From assembly GCF_006345805.1 (NCBI RefSeq), contig NC_043006.1, positions 75,950,001 to 76,014,000 on the forward strand: DNA of 64,000 bases, in the 5' to 3' direction. The stretch comes from Octopus sinensis (lineage: Eukaryota). The position numbers and the translations under genes were made by a program. The notes beneath the pieces are model-generated. The model ran no database searches, was not told the DNA's origin, and was given only the letters and a program-made list of their open reading frames with translations. Of this stretch, positions 37,386 to 52,586 are shown in pieces; the first letter of the stretch is position 1, and every line of letters starts with the position of its first letter.

Positions 37386-38473
37386 TCATGAGAGTGGGCA
37401 GGTCTTACCCCGAAATGTTTCGATTTTTTTTTCTATAATCTGAAATTATTATGCTTTCAAGTCAGATTTCAATGTCGAAAATGAAAATTCACCCTGGGTC
37501 CAATTTTATCGAAAATAACTTCTTTTGCTTTCCTAGAAATTTTACTCGTAAGAAGGATGCACGAGCATAAAATTTTTTGTCGTGGCTTCCAATTTTTATC
37601 TAATTCTCAGGCATTTTCCTGCTCACCACTTCTAGGAAACATTAAAATATTAAAGTAAAAATGTATATTGATTTTTTGGTTCTGCGCCAAGTTTCCCAAA
37701 GATAACCTTCTCCCAATTGAAAATGGCAATCCACATCATTTATAGGAACACCCCCGTCTTAGCATTTCTATAAAACGTTTTAGAATCCTTCATCAGCTTT
37801 TGCACGATTAAGCAGCCTCTGAAAAATCTCAGTAAATATTTTTGTTAGTTTGAAACAATTTCACACAAACGAGTTGCATGCTCCGTTATTGAAGTTACAT
37901 CAAATTTACAAGAGCATAGAGATCACCTTCACTCAAGCAGTTACAGTTCAACATTTTCAAGACGTGTCTTGCTGAGGCTAGTATTCATATAAAGATTAAT
38001 ATCACGCGCACGTGACTGCAAAAATGTTCACCCGGGCAACTAGATCGTGCTGGTATGAATGTGGAGAAAACCTGGGGCACACACACGCATGCACACAAAT
38101 ACACTTACACGCATACACACATACACACACATAAAATAATATAAACAGCAGTTTGAAATGTTTCACCAAAAAAGGAGAATTATAATTGTAACTAAATTTG
38201 ATTAGGGTGTTAGAAGCATTGGTTATAGAGCCATTGCAGATTTCCGATGCAGCGGATATATAATTGTTAAAGAGGACAATAACCGTTAAGGGAAGACAAA
38301 TTTGTCCTATACGGTATTACTATTGGAAAGAATTTTCTTATTTTTCTCTCATGTTGGAATATCCCATACTCGGGGATATTCCCAAAACAGCTGTTAGACT
38401 TTGAATTTTTTCCAATAATAATGTAAGATTTGAGATCTTTGCCTTGCCTTAACGTTTGTTGTCCTCTTTAAAA

Positions 38474-38552
<79 letters not shown>

Positions 38553-38666
38553 GCGTGTGTGTGCGTGTGTGCACGTGTTTTTTGTGTATACCCATCTCAA
38601 GATATATATTGACGCATTGATATTAAAGCAAGTATTACTTTACGTTAATATTGCTTAGTCTCTTAA

Positions 38667-38832
38667 GGCGGCGAACTGCGAGAATCGTTTGCACGCCAGG
38701 TCAAATGTCATTGAGGTTGACCTTGCCTTTCATCCTTTCGAGATTGATAAAATACGTACCAGTTGAATATGAGGTCAATGTAATTGGATAGTTCCTTCCT
38801 CGAAATTGCTGCCTTGCACCAAAATTTGAAAC
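38667..38832 (+). mobile_element. SINE A' with internal deletion
   Basis: GGCGGCGAACTG head, CCTTTCATCCTTTCG body, CAAAATTTGAAACC tail. Confidence 0.8.
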
Positions 38833-41800
38833 CAGTATTACTGGAGTACTAGCTCAATGAGTGAGCTGTTATTTAAGTATTTTTCAATTGGATTTCGTTT
38901 CATTATCAAGTAGCAGCCACTCAGCTAATAATTTAAAAATATTTTGCGATAATAATGACTGCAGTCGATTTTGATCAGTTATAATTCTGAAATTATGTCG
39001 AGATCCTAAGTAAAGATGAATTTTGAATTAACCAACTGAATTTGAAAAGAATTACTGCTGAATTCATGGAAAATATTATAAAAACATGAGCTTTCCTAAA
39101 CGTCTAAAGCTCCACTGATATGTGTATCATGGCCATGCGTTATAAATTACTGAAATAATGGAATGTAACGATCTTGATATTTTAAAATTTCTCAAATTAT
39201 GAAGTTTCGCATGTCCTGAGTGAATATCGGGACATGAATACCTTAAAAGAATAAAAAAGTTAAGGCTGCAAAGGTAAAATTAAGGAAAGATCACAACTGC
39301 AATGCTTGCAAGAAATATGATTGTAATTTCGCATATGTTTTGCAAAGTGAGCGTTAAATCGAATTCTAAAAATATAATAGAATATATTTTGTATGAAACT
39401 GCAATCCTTAAATCATGTACGAAAAATAGTATGCGACATTTAACTGTTATGTTTTCTTCATACATATTTAGTATGTAAAGTGCAAAAGATATGTTGATTG
39501 AAATTAGTTATCTTACGCTAATGCATATTGTAATATCAATAGCCATTTCGTTAATAAACTGCAGCAGGGATTTGTGGTAGATAGCCGGTTTGGTACTATA
39601 TATAGCGTAAAAACGAAGATAGATCGAAAACTCGAAAATATTTTCCAAGACACCAGTCAAATACTGGATTTCTACGTAATTGACTACCAACGCCTCAAAC
39701 TGCTATTTTTGTGCTAATATTTGAAATAGTTATTATTGTTAGTATTTAAATTATCCATAGGAAATGATGAAGATGCTTTCATAAATATATACAAGGATAA
39801 GAAACTGTCAATGATGGATAAGGACGCAACGTTCGTTACGTTGACGCTGCCTTAACTTATCCGTAGAAAAGTAACATTCTTTCAACGCCATATGTATTCG
39901 TTTCCCATTTGTTAAGATTATTCTAAATATGTTTAAAGCTCAAATATAATAGGGGCGTAATGGAGAACGGTACAGTATAACGTAATATATCCTTATATCC
40001 CTGATATAGGGAAAAATGGTGTAAAATAATATAATTTTCGATAGGAATGATTACCATCTTAATAGCAATAAATTCCCTTTGAATTCAGTAAATATATACT
40101 TAAAGGTTTTACCATCTTTTTTATTTATTCACTGTTCCACCGCTAGATCTTTCCCTGGCTGTCTCTTATTTCCTTTACTTGGGGATTCAGGAAAAGAAAA
40201 AGCAATTTTCGATATTCTAATGTAAACTGATTTTGTACCTCATCAAAATAAATCAGGATTACAAAATGAAATAGAAGACTGAATTGAATATTGCTAAACG
40301 CTCTTTACATGAGGTAACATTTCTTATGATTAAAATAAAGCAAAAAAATAAAAGAAAAGGAAAAACGATCGGTCTAAAATCAATCCCAGCAATTCTAAAG
40401 CGAATTTTAGTGATAAAAAATTTAAAATAGATGTATAGATACGAACTTTTTTCTGTTGAAAAAATCGATTTCTAAAGGAAATATTCACTAATGTTACCCA
40501 TTGACAGATATCAATTGAGCTTCTCAACATAATAAAAGGCATATATTTCAGCTACTGAAATTGGCAACTAAAACAGCAAAATATGCAACGTTAACGATAT
40601 GTTACAGAGTACTACTGTTTCTATAAATATATCGAATTACACACTAGCTTTCTTTCGGAAAATCGACAAGTGAGATTTTAATGAGATGAGTGCCTGTACG
40701 TCTGCAAGGTAGCGAGAGAAACGAGGATTCCCCCCCCACACACACACGGGAATAGCTCAAATAATCGTCTGCAAAACGTTAGTTCTGCTCGTACTGATAT
40801 ATCACTGGAGCGTAGCTATGATTTGCATAATAATTCATTTCCCTCTTTAGATTATAGAAAGATAAAAATGTAACAGGCCAAATATTATATTTGGAAAGGT
40901 AAAGATATATATACTAGAATGGGGAGAAAGAAAGAAAGGGATTGCTGAGGAGAAGAGTATATATTGCTTTTATTTCAATGAGTATTAGCTATATTAAATA
41001 TATTAATCGATAAATAAGTAATTAATAAGTAAGAAGACGAAAATAAGTGTGTAATACTAATTATTGTATGATGGGTACTTCGTAATGATTCAAAAATTAT
41101 TACATTTTTCGTATATTTTCTATATATATATATATATATATACAGTGCTATATGGTACAAAAATATTCTTTTACTCAAATATTATTGTCTGGATTTATCC
41201 CTAATAAACTGGCTTATGGCAAATCGTTTCATTTTGTTTAAAGTAGGCAATAAAAGTATTTCCTTCCTTCGTACAAATCCGAACCTTGAACTGGCATTTT
41301 GCAAAGACTGTTTACTTTATGTAGTTATATCGCTTCCTGGTTCTGCAAAAGCATTAAATTCAAAAGGATAGAAACGAAGTATGCTTCACAGCACGTAATC
41401 TTTCATATTACTCTGGAGGGAAAATTGACTCGTAACTGCTAAATACAATTTCTGAATCGGAAAGCGATACATTTAAAACGTTCTTTTTTTTTGCGCTTTC
41501 GTTAGATATAACTGACGAAACATTTCAGTGAAAACGTGCTTTTGAATAATATATTGAGAAATGCGTATTAATAAATCTAATAATTTTCTCCAAAAGTCGA
41601 GCAAAGAACACTGCATCATAAAGAATAAGGTCATTTCTCAACTATATAATGTAGTTAATAGGCCGAAGTAAGCTTTTGGCAAACTAATTGCACAATCAAA
41701 TATGGATACGCTGCACCAGCAAATTCATGTCACTCTCAAGATTCATAGCACACAAAAATGCCTGGATCTCGTAACGTCAATTTTCTTTCTTAGCTTCACC

Positions 41801-42037
41801 CACGAGTGAGTATAAGAATGTTACTTTTTATTATGGTAATGCTTATTCTAAAATAAAATATCAAATGCCATGCCTTCATTTGGATGAAGACCTATTACCC
41901 TGGTTGGGAATTAAGAAGCATTTTTGAACGATATAAACTAATGATAACTGTGTGACTCTATAGTAGTGTTCCAATTTCAGTGAATTTGTTGAAAGACACA
42001 ACACCTCAACTCCACCATTTATCAAACTTATATTAAC

Positions 42038-42191
42038 ATGTAACCGTCACTTAGCTGTTCGGCAAAAGAGACCGATAGAATAAGTGCTGGGCTTACAAAG
42101 AATAAGTCCCGGGGTCGATCTGCTCGACTAAAGGCGGTGCTCCAGCATGGCCGCAGTCAAATGACTGAAACAAGTAAAAGATAAAAGATAG
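42038..42191 (+). mobile_element. SINE B 3' half
   Basis: TTCGGCAAAAGAGACCGATAGAATAAG...GAAACAAGTAAAAGATAAAAGA. Confidence 0.9.
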
Positions 42192-42884
42192 ATATCAAAC
42201 TTACTTTATAAACCATTTCGAAACCATTTCCAATCACATATAGTTTACCTATAAGCAAAATAATTTGGAAAGTTTTCCATAGAAAACATTAAAATTTTGT
42301 ATTTATATATTCAAACATTGACTGGATAAAAAATATTTCGTATATGAGCAAATTATCTCGAATTTTGTATTCAACAAAGCAAATTATCATGTAAGTAGAC
42401 ATTTGAGTGAATATATAAACTGAATACATTACCTATGAAAAGTAGCATGCATTATTGATTTTTGTAAATATGAGATAAGTTTTGTCATCAATAAGCAGCA
42501 ACGGATATTGTTTTGAAAATGAATTTTGTAAAGAATAAAATTCATTGTAGGATTTAGATTTCATTATCATGGCTTTTGCAAGTAATTCAAGCAGACGAAA
42601 TTAGAACAAAGGAGTATATCATATGATTGACATTATGACATTAAATATTTTGAGTTAAACGTAGATGCAGCAAGTTACAAGGATAGCATATAAAATGGAA
42701 ATTCGATATAATATATCTGAGTTTAAGATGTATTAGGCAATACATCGGTTCAAGTAAGAGACATTTATGGCAGCGTATTGTTTATAGATACGATAATTAA
42801 TATTTTTCTGATTTAACCATAGAAGGTAATTTTCAAAAGATCGATAAAGAATCTATGTCTTTGGTGTACTAGTAGTATTCAATA

Positions 42885-43270
42885 GGAGGCGCAATGGCCC
42901 TGTGGTTAGGGCAGCAGACTCGCGGTCATAGGATCGCGGTTTCGATTCCCAGACCGGGCGTTGTGAGTGTTTATTGAGCGAAAACACCTAAAGCTCCACG
43001 AGGCTCCGGCAGGGATGGTGGTGATTCCTGCTGTACTCTTTCACCACAACTTTCTCTCACTCTTACTTCCTGTTTCTGTTGTACCTGTATTTCAAAGGGC
43101 CAGCCTTGTCACTCTCTGTGTCACGCTGAATATCCCCGAGAACTACGTTAAGGGCACACGTGTCTGTGGAGTGCTCAGCTACTTGCATGTTAATTTCACG
43201 AGCAGGCTGTTCCGTTGATCGGATCAACCGGAACCCTCGTCGTCGTAACCGACGGAGTGCTTCCATATCC
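42885..43270 (+). mobile_element. Full-length SINE C (tail C1) with 11-bp TSD
   Basis: AGTATTCAATA at 42874-42884 and 43271-43281; intact A and B boxes. Confidence 0.92.
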
Positions 43271-45869
43271 AGTATTCAATAATATAACATTATTTAGAGG
43301 AATTTAATAAGGAAATCGCTTGGGTCTCAGTCGATCAGGGTTGAGTTTGTAATGTTACATGTATGTACAGTGGAAGACAGGCAGTTGTTTTTGTATGCAC
43401 TTTTCTACTATTAACACTGTCGATATTATTCATTAGAGAAGTGACGACCGACCTCACGGTTGGTAGAGCTTGTCATCAGTGTAAACATTGTCGTTATTGT
43501 CAGAACTGAAGGTCCGGAGAAGAAACCGCAAAACATCGTGTCCCAAACTTAAACAGTTTCACAAGTTCTCCAGCTTATATCGTTCTTATTCATTAACCTC
43601 TGATGAGGTGAAAGACAAATTGACTTCAACAAGATTTGAACTTTAAGCTCGGATATGTATTATAATCTATTAGAATCTAGTATTATACTCTATTAAGTAG
43701 AGCACAACACTCTATTGTTGATAAAGTCTCTTCATTAGATATATTAATGAAGTATTGGAGAGTAGAGATTTCGATCTTTAAAGAACGATGAAAATGTAAA
43801 ACATTGTCGCATGTTAAAGCTTCCGTGAAAGAGACAGAAAATATTGAATAGGAGTTTGCACAAATAGGTTGCATTACTTATGGCAACACAAATGGATAGC
43901 GAAGACGTTTATATGTTTAGTGAAATCATCTATGAAGATCTGAGGGCAAGACAACTGGAATAAGAACGCAATTAAACTTCTATGCAATAGGCTATATTAG
44001 AAAATTTAAATTACAGTTTGAATTAAATTTGTGCTGAAACATTGGCTTTTAGATTTATTTAGACGACATTAGGCCAGAGTTAATGTAATATAATATTGCA
44101 GGCATGCTACAAGCTGAACCACAGACCATAATAAAATTCTTAGAGTTAAATATTCAAAGAATTGTTCTCATAATTATTTCAACAGATGGTAGCAACAGAC
44201 CCGGTCGATTAATAAATATGAAGGGAATTTGATATAAAATTTATATGATGACATATTCGAATACTTGTTGCAGTTATCGGGCTCACGCCCCAATATATCA
44301 TCGCTTTGTTCTTGTATAAAATATCTATGTATCAGTTAAGGGCATGATTAATCTCCATATGTTTTGACGTTATTTAAAACAATATATGCAAATGTTTGTA
44401 GGATAAAATACGCCGAGAGTATGAGAGAATTTTTTAAGGTACAGTTAGCGTTAGGGTAAATGGAGATTTATGTTAACTGAAACTTAGCAAGTTTCATTTA
44501 TTGCTGCATTGTTTCCGCTTTCCTAAATGTAGTTGGGTGTTTCAATGATTATTAGAATGTATCTGGAGAGAAGGAATTTGAAGTTTTAAAGGGACGAAAA
44601 ATCCTGCACATAATGGTGAAAAGGCAAAATATTCTCTCAAGTTATTTGGAAGTAGATTTGAAACAATTTGGCTGTCTAACTGTCTAAGAAGCCAATAATG
44701 GTTGCCAGGTTGCAAAGTCTTTCAAGTGTGGTTATATATTTGTCATTCAGTGTTAAATAGAACTTATCTACTGGCATATCTACTGGTTTCAGTAACCGCT
44801 TCATTGATATACATTATATGATGTCATATTTCTTTATTCGACACTAGAAAAAGGCGTGGCCTAAATTGCAGCTAGTGATTTATTCATAGGTTCCGAGCTA
44901 TATGAAAGCATTTTAACTACATTATATCTCTCGCTGCAGTGATTCAGTGTTCTCGGAAATGCACATGCAGAACGGTATTGAAGAATAGATAAGATTACCA
45001 TTACCTCTTATTGTTATTAGATATTTCTATATTCGTCGATTTTCTCTGCTTAAGCTCCTTAATATCGTGTTTCTCTGTCATTATTATTGTATTAGTAGTA
45101 TCAATATTCCTTGTGTCTTTAAGTTCCCAATGTTATATATTTTAATATCAATGAATGAGTGAGTGACGATGCAAGACGTCTCAAATATCGAGCTGGAAAT
45201 ATTAGGGGCTTAACAACAGAAAAGAGACGAAGAAATAAGTATGTGGCGATCAATATAAAGGGCTTGTGCAAATCCGCAAATTGAACAAAATTTTACATTA
45301 GCGATATCCTATTCCGTCCAGTAGAATCCATTAACATTTGACAAGAAAATAAGGATAACATTGAAAGCAGAAGCTGACGGGCTATTTCTTGATTAATAAT
45401 CTCTTGATTTAAATATTAGATGATACAGTTATTTTAAGGAGGTCAATCTATTATTAAAACAGATGTTATTGAATACTTAGTCTGCTTTTATGGAATAAAT
45501 TTCCAATTTGAATCTGACAGACCTTTGTTACACTGATCCGGTAATATATGTAATAGTTTCGATTATAAACTTCAATTTGCTTCATCAGATCTTTCTGGTT
45601 CATATTCGTCAATAAAATATTCGCTAGCAAATAGTTCTTATACCAGCTCAATTAATGTTGTTATGTAGATTTCTGACTAACGTCTCCTTTATTGAGTTCT
45701 TACAGCAAACATTAATTCCAGACCAGGGGAATTTGCAGCAAACAAATAAGAATAAAATAATCTACAATATCCTCTCAACAAAAGAGCGTCAAATGCAATG
45801 CAGATAAATAATACATTATGAAACCAACTGAAGCACACACGCATATATAATCACCAATCACACATAAAC

Positions 45870-45992
45870 CTAACACACACATATATATATATATATATAT
45901 ACACATACATATGCTTATGTATACATATGTATACATATGTATACATATATATATATACATACATACATACATATATGCATACATATATATAC

Positions 45993-46023
<31 letters not shown>

Positions 46024-46125
46024 CATATACATACATATATATACATACATACATATACATACATACATATACATACATATACATACATACATATACATAC
46101 ATACATATACATACATATATACATA

Positions 46126-46189
<64 letters not shown>

Positions 46190-46210
46190 TATAATATATA
46201 TATATATATA

Positions 46211-46246
<36 letters not shown>

Positions 46247-46260
46247 ACGTATGTATTTAT
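45870..46260. repeat. (TACA/TATA)n compound microsatellite
   Basis: Directly visible. Confidence 0.95.
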
Positions 46261-47027
46261 GCATGTGCTTGCGTGTGTTTGTGTGTGTATATTGTGTGGT
46301 AGCCAAATATTATGAAGTGTTCCTATAGTGAATAAACTCGCTGGAAATGCTTTGTCTATGTAGAGATTAGCCTTTATTTTTTTAATATAATGGTTTTTCT
46401 TGGAAAATCAATACTGTTTTCTTTGCAACAACGTTGAAAATCTTAAAACCGTTGTTATTCACTAAAACACTTTTGACAGAATAATAAATCACACAAAGCA
46501 ACAGGAAATATCTATTGAATACCAAACTTGTTAATTTTCTGAAACTCTTAAATACCCGATTATTTGAATATTTTACGTTTGGTGTTATAAGACAAAACAG
46601 AAGGAAACAAAATCAGAAAATAAGAAGTTATTGCTGTACAATCATCCAAGTACATAACACTCTTATTTAAAATATTCTTTTTTTTATTGAAGTTGTCTAA
46701 CCTATCGTTCTTTTAAATTTTTATATGGAATATTTTTGCAGAAATTACACGTCACTTGCAAAACATAGCAATCGCCATTCTTCCCAGGTACCGCGCTTGG
46801 ACGACTTCATGGTCGACTCTGTCCTGCATTTCTAAAAGGAAAGGTTACTTTTTCGAGTAGCTTTCGCTATTATTTAAGATAATCATGTAATCAACCTCCT
46901 GGTTTGATCAAAATGGCTATGTTTTCATTGACTCATCATTGTCTTAAAGTGCAATCGCGATACTGAACACCAAGCTTTAATCCTCTGCTTCTCATTTCAT
47001 CTCCATCTTTAGTCTTTAGGAGACACG

Positions 47028-47072
<45 letters not shown>

Positions 47073-47087
47073 ATATATATATATATA

Positions 47088-47451
47088 CTCTCTTTACTCT
47101 TTTACTTGTTTCAGCCATTTGATTGTGGCCATGCTGGAGCACCGCCTTTAGTCGAGAAAATCGGCCCCCGGGACTTATTCTTTGTATGCCTAGTACTTAT
47201 TCTATCGGTCTCTTTTGCCGAACCGTTATGTTGCGGAAACGTAAATACACCGGCATCGGTTGTCAAGCGATATTGGGAGTACAAACACAGACACAGAAAC
47301 ATATACACATATATACGGCGGGCTTCTTTCAGTTTCCGTCTACCAAATCCACTCACAAAGATTTGGTGGGCCCGAGGCTATAGTAGAAGACACTTGCCCA
47401 AGGTGCAACGCAGTGGAACTGAACCTGGAACCATGTGGGCCGTAAGCAAGG
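47088..47451 (-). mobile_element. SINE family B
   Basis: Reverse complement of B tail and body. Confidence 0.9.
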
Positions 47452-47469
47452 TATATATACACACACACA

Positions 47470-47501
<32 letters not shown>

Positions 47502-47503
<2 letters not shown>

Positions 47504-48224
47504 ACAACAATTGAGGAACGGCCACAATAGGCCGTTCGACCCACTAGAAAGAGCAGCCAGGGCTCCAACCGCAAATAGTAGTAATTACGAAATTTAAGAA
47601 AAATAAAAAAAACATTTACCCTATTCATCTTTAGACAATGCATTGTTTCGGCGTTTTTTAATGGCAAACCGGCCTGATTAAATTAAATTAAACCCAATCA
47701 AGTCAATCTTCCAAAAGGCCACGCGCTCATCGGTAAAGAAGCCAGAAGGGGCAGAAATTACACGAGGCAGCAATATCTATGCCTAGGTAATATCTGATCT
47801 AAAATTTTCAAAGTCATCGTACTCGCGCCAACTTATCGGCAGCAAATATAAACTGCCGATTCAATTTCGGAATTAATCAGAAAATCATCAATTAATCAAT
47901 TTAGGGTAGCAAAAAATTCAATAGAAATTATTTTGCCACCAGCGGTCTAGTGAGAAAGAGGAAATAGTCAGAGACTATAAATAAATTCAACAACAATTGA
48001 GGAACGGCCACAATAGGCCTTTCGACCCACTAGAAAGAGCAGCCAGGGCTCCAACCGCAATTAGTAGTAATTCCGAAATTTAAGGAAAAATAAAAAAAAC
48101 ATTTACCCTATTCATCTTTAAACAATGCATTGCTTCGGCGTTTTTTAAGGGCAAACCGGCCTGATTAAATTAAGTTAAACCCAATCAAGTCAATCTTCCA
48201 AAAGGCCACGCGCTCATCGGTAAA
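47502..48224 (-). repeat. 236-bp direct repeat pair (period 486), probably duplicated LINE-like 3' ends
   Basis: 47502-47737 ~ 47988-48224; the minus strand ends in a GAACGGCC/GGCCGTTC stem-loop followed by a (TTG)n tail. Confidence 0.75.
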
Positions 48225-48791
48225 CCCAGAGGTAAATCTCAGATTAGCAAGAGACTGACTTTACCAAAACTTAAATATTATATACATACATATATTTGTG
48301 TGTATGTGTGTGCTTGCTTGTGTGCGCGTGTGTATTTGTGCGAGCGTATGTGTATATAATTCAGAGTACAAGGTCAGCAAATCTTTGTTCTTTGACTATT
48401 TTCAACTTCTTTCGAGAGCACAAAAGTTTCTCTTCTTAAGAAGGACGAAAACCGCGACTTTGATGTTACTAGCAGATGTTGCATTTCAACAATTCTTCAT
48501 GAAGAATATCGTGGTTATATGGTTATATTAACAGATAATATTTGCTTATCTGTCAATAGATGTATATTTTTATCTTAGTTATATTTCTTTCGTTGATGAA
48601 ATAGTGTTGAGTCTGAAAAAGGTATTGATTTATTGCTAAAGACATCGGTGCTTAATCTCGAATTATGTATATATCATTGTGTGGTATGCAAACAGTGTGG
48701 CAGTATTTTATATGTGTATTAGACATTTGGAAAGCCATCAAGTCAACTTACTGTTTGCTCTTTCGATGAATTCTGCCTGCCTCTCTTTCTC

Positions 48792-49408
48792 TTCATATAC
48801 TTATATACATAAGCATATACGTATCAACATATACGTATATGTGTATGTGTGTATGTATGTATATATGTATACATATACTTATTCATATACTTATATACAT
48901 AAGCATATACGTATCAACATATACGTATATGTGTGTGTGTATGTATGTATATATGTATACATATACTTATTCATATACTTATATACATAAGCATATACGT
49001 ATCACATATACGTATATGTGTATGTGTGTATGTATGTATATATGTATACATATACTTATTCATATACTTATATACATAAGCATATACGTATCAACATATA
49101 CGTATATGTGTATGTGTGTATGTATGTATATATGTATACATATACTTATTCATATACTTATATACATAAGCATATACGTATCAACATATACGTATATGTG
49201 TATGTGTGTATGTATGTATATATGTATACATATACTTATTCATATACTTATATACATAAGCATATACGTATCAACATATACGTATATGTGTATGTGTGTA
49301 TGTATGTATATATGTATACATATACTTATTCATATACTTATATACATAAGCATATACGTATCAACATATACGTATATGTGTGTGTGTGTGTATGTATGTA
49401 TATATGTA
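48792..49408. repeat. 90-bp minisatellite (~7 units) built from microsatellite-like sequence
   Basis: Lines 49021 and 49201 are identical (2 x 90 bp period). Confidence 0.95.
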
Positions 49409-49719
49409 TGTAAGTAGATGCTGGAATTGTAATGTCCACATCAATTGTGTTGAATATTATGATACTTATGTAGCGCCAGAGAATAATCTTTTACGAAACA
49501 CTAGATGAACACAGACGTAGTCTGTTTTCATAAACCATTCAGGGTAAATATAATCTTGTATTTTCATTTCGTTAACATATGACTCAAGATGTTATGTACT
49601 TATTTGTACAGCAAATAATTTTTTTAATTTTGTTCATGTTGATGTAGTGTGCATTGTATTATTTATTTTACCTTGCAGAAATATATTTATATGCAGTAAT
49701 ATATATCCAAAGTTATACG

Positions 49720-49756
<37 letters not shown>

Positions 49757-50535
49757 TATATATATACATATACACTCACATACACACACACATACATATA
49801 TATATATATACATATGAATATGTACATGCATGCATCACTGTATTATATTTGTTTAAATATATTTTATATAGTATATAAATATATTTCTCTCCGATTTATA
49901 ACAAACAATACTAGTATAGTGGGTTGTTTTCTATCATATATGCATATAAAAAAACTATCTATCTGTCTGTCTGTCCCTCTGTTATATATGCGTATGTGTG
50001 AGTATAGAAATATACATACACACATACATATGTATATATATGTGTGTATATGTGTGTGTGTGTGTATGAGGGACTCTCCCGTCGTTAAACGACATATGAG
50101 GGTTCGACAATTTCTTACCGAAAAACCACACAGATGACTTATTTATAGTGTCCAAATATTTGTGTAGACATAAGCTCACTCCCCCCCCAATCAGATCGGC
50201 ATTACCTGTACAGGTGCAACGGGTTCACATATCGCTGATTTCGAAATATTTTTATATTTGCATGCATAGAATAAAATTACTTGGGAATTGGTCCCAAATC
50301 TAAGCATAATAGCTGCTTACATTTCATACAATCACTTCGATGTGTCACCGTTTTATAAATGGCAGTGCACCAGCAAAGCTACAGCCATTGGATTTTGCAT
50401 ATTATGGATAAAGAGAATATACTCTGAATGTTCATCATTTTTTTACGCATAAAGACATCAGTACGATGTCAGTTTTTGCTTACAAGGTATGCAACGCATA
50501 TGTAACCTTTGTAAGTTATTGTTTATCATACACAT

Positions 50536-51085
50536 ATCTGCTCTACGGCAGTGGGATGTGGTCGCTGTATAGGAGGCAAATGCGAGTACTTGACCAGTTC
50601 CCCCTCCGCTGCTTGTGACGAATCATGGGAATTTCCTGGGAGGACAGAGTCTCCAATACGGAGGTGCTTCGCAGAGCCGAAATGTCCGAAATCGAAGCCC
50701 TCATCATGAAGGCCCAGCTCCGGTGGGTCGGACAAGCAGTAGTCCGAATGGACGACGCGCGTCTACAAAAGGTGATCTTCTTCTCTGAGCTGGCTTCTGG
50801 AGCAAGAAACACTGGAAGACCACTGAGGCGATACAAGGTCAGCCTGAAAACTTCACTTGAGGCCTGCGGCATTTCCGCCCGAAACTGGGAATCGCTTGCC
50901 TCTGACTGCGACGCCTGGCGTCCAGCTGTCCAAAAGGGTGTTAGGCTGTTCAAGGAAAAGCGCCTCAAGATCCTGGACCAGAAGCGACAAGTCCGTCTGC
51001 GCGTCTGCCTTTGGGTCACGCTCCCACCTCCGGCGTCACTGACGTCATTGTCGATCCCCGACAGACTTCCATTATACAAATATTA
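50536..51085 (+). mobile_element. RTE-clade LINE 3' fragment (RT C-terminal region)
   Basis: LLYGSGMWSLYRRQMRVLDQF.LRCL*RIMGISWEDRVSNTEVLRRA...QLRWVG..VRMDDARLQKVIFFSEL..G.R..GRPLRRYK..LK; BovB/RTE-like motifs. Confidence 0.9.
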
Positions 51086-51499
51086 GGTTTGTGTAAGGTA
51101 CGAATAAAAAGCATTGAACATGGTTAATGGTAAATAAAATGGACACTGCAAAAGTTAATATTTTACTTTTAAAGTATAAGTGATGATACAAGACGTGCGA
51201 AATTCATCCATGGAAGTGATATTAAATCACTTTTTGAGTTTATTCGTTTTTTTTATTATTTTATTTCTTCCACTCCTTTGACGGAGGTCATGTTGCAGTA
51301 CCGCCTTGAATGATCCTAGTTAAACAAATCGACGCCAGGACTAATTTTTAAGCTTAGTACTTATTCTATCGGTGTCTCTAGCTGAACAGTTAGGTTACGA
51401 GCTCCTAAATACGCCAATACCAGTGATCAGGCGGTTATAGGCGGACAAATATAGTGACACAGATACATACATACACACAAACACACACACATACATATA

Positions 51500-51825
<326 letters not shown>

Positions 51826-52543
51826 ATGCGATGATATCTTACCCTCTAAAGGATTGTTTGAATTTCTCTGGTTTAATCAACGCACCGTTTGAGAAATATC
51901 TGTTCGATATATATAATATATGTGATTATTATAAGTATAAATATGATTAAAGAAGAAGAATGGTGAGTTGCTAAGGATATAAAATTAATCACCATACTGC
52001 CACATAAAGTCTACATGCATTTCAATTCAGTCCAATATACAATTGCAAATTCAAAGATTGGAAAAAATCTAAAATAAAATAATAAAAATAAAACAGCACT
52101 TTGAATAATATTCAGTAGAATCTCATCAGAGAAAATAAAAATAAAACCGTTATCTATGTAAATTTATATTGGTTTACATATTCTATGTAAATTTATATTG
52201 GTTTACATATTCAATGTATATTATTACCTATATATCTATAATTATAAAATCTTATCTAAACAGATTGATTTGTATGATGGTGTGTTTGTATGTTTTAATT
52301 TGAAGATTATATTTGAGGATGCCGTTCGACTAAGATATGTATTATATATATCTGTATATATAATCCTCTAAAACGCGTATATAGTATATATTGATATATT
52401 ATATATATATATATATATATATACCGGAGTAAACACATAAATAAATGGAAAAAGGAGTACTCAAATACCAGTGGTAGAGTAATATGCTTTATTTAAAACT
52501 CAGAGTAACAGATTTTGTTGAATTTTCTGCTGCTTTAAATAAA

Positions 52544-52586
<43 letters not shown>

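Noticed and set aside
37765-37800. Minus-strand CTGATGAAGG...AAAACGTT
   Set aside because: G12 missing and stem I does not pair; at best an unrecognisable relic.
38356-38382. 10-bp perfect hairpin (also 12-bp stem at ~6319-6366 and 8-bp at ~63399-63417)
   Set aside because: Too short for miRNA precursors; isolated stems of this size are plausible by chance or as repeat relics in 64 kb.
41512-41545. CTGACGA...GAAAACGTG
   Set aside because: Only 2-bp stem II and G at the cleavage position.
43600-43650. CTGATGAGGTGAAAG hammerhead-like word
   Set aside because: It is a mutated SINE A body (rc of CCTTTCATCC); no stems.
47502-48224. LTR retrotransposon/TRIM
   Set aside because: No TG...CA termini, no PBS, no correctly placed polypurine tract.
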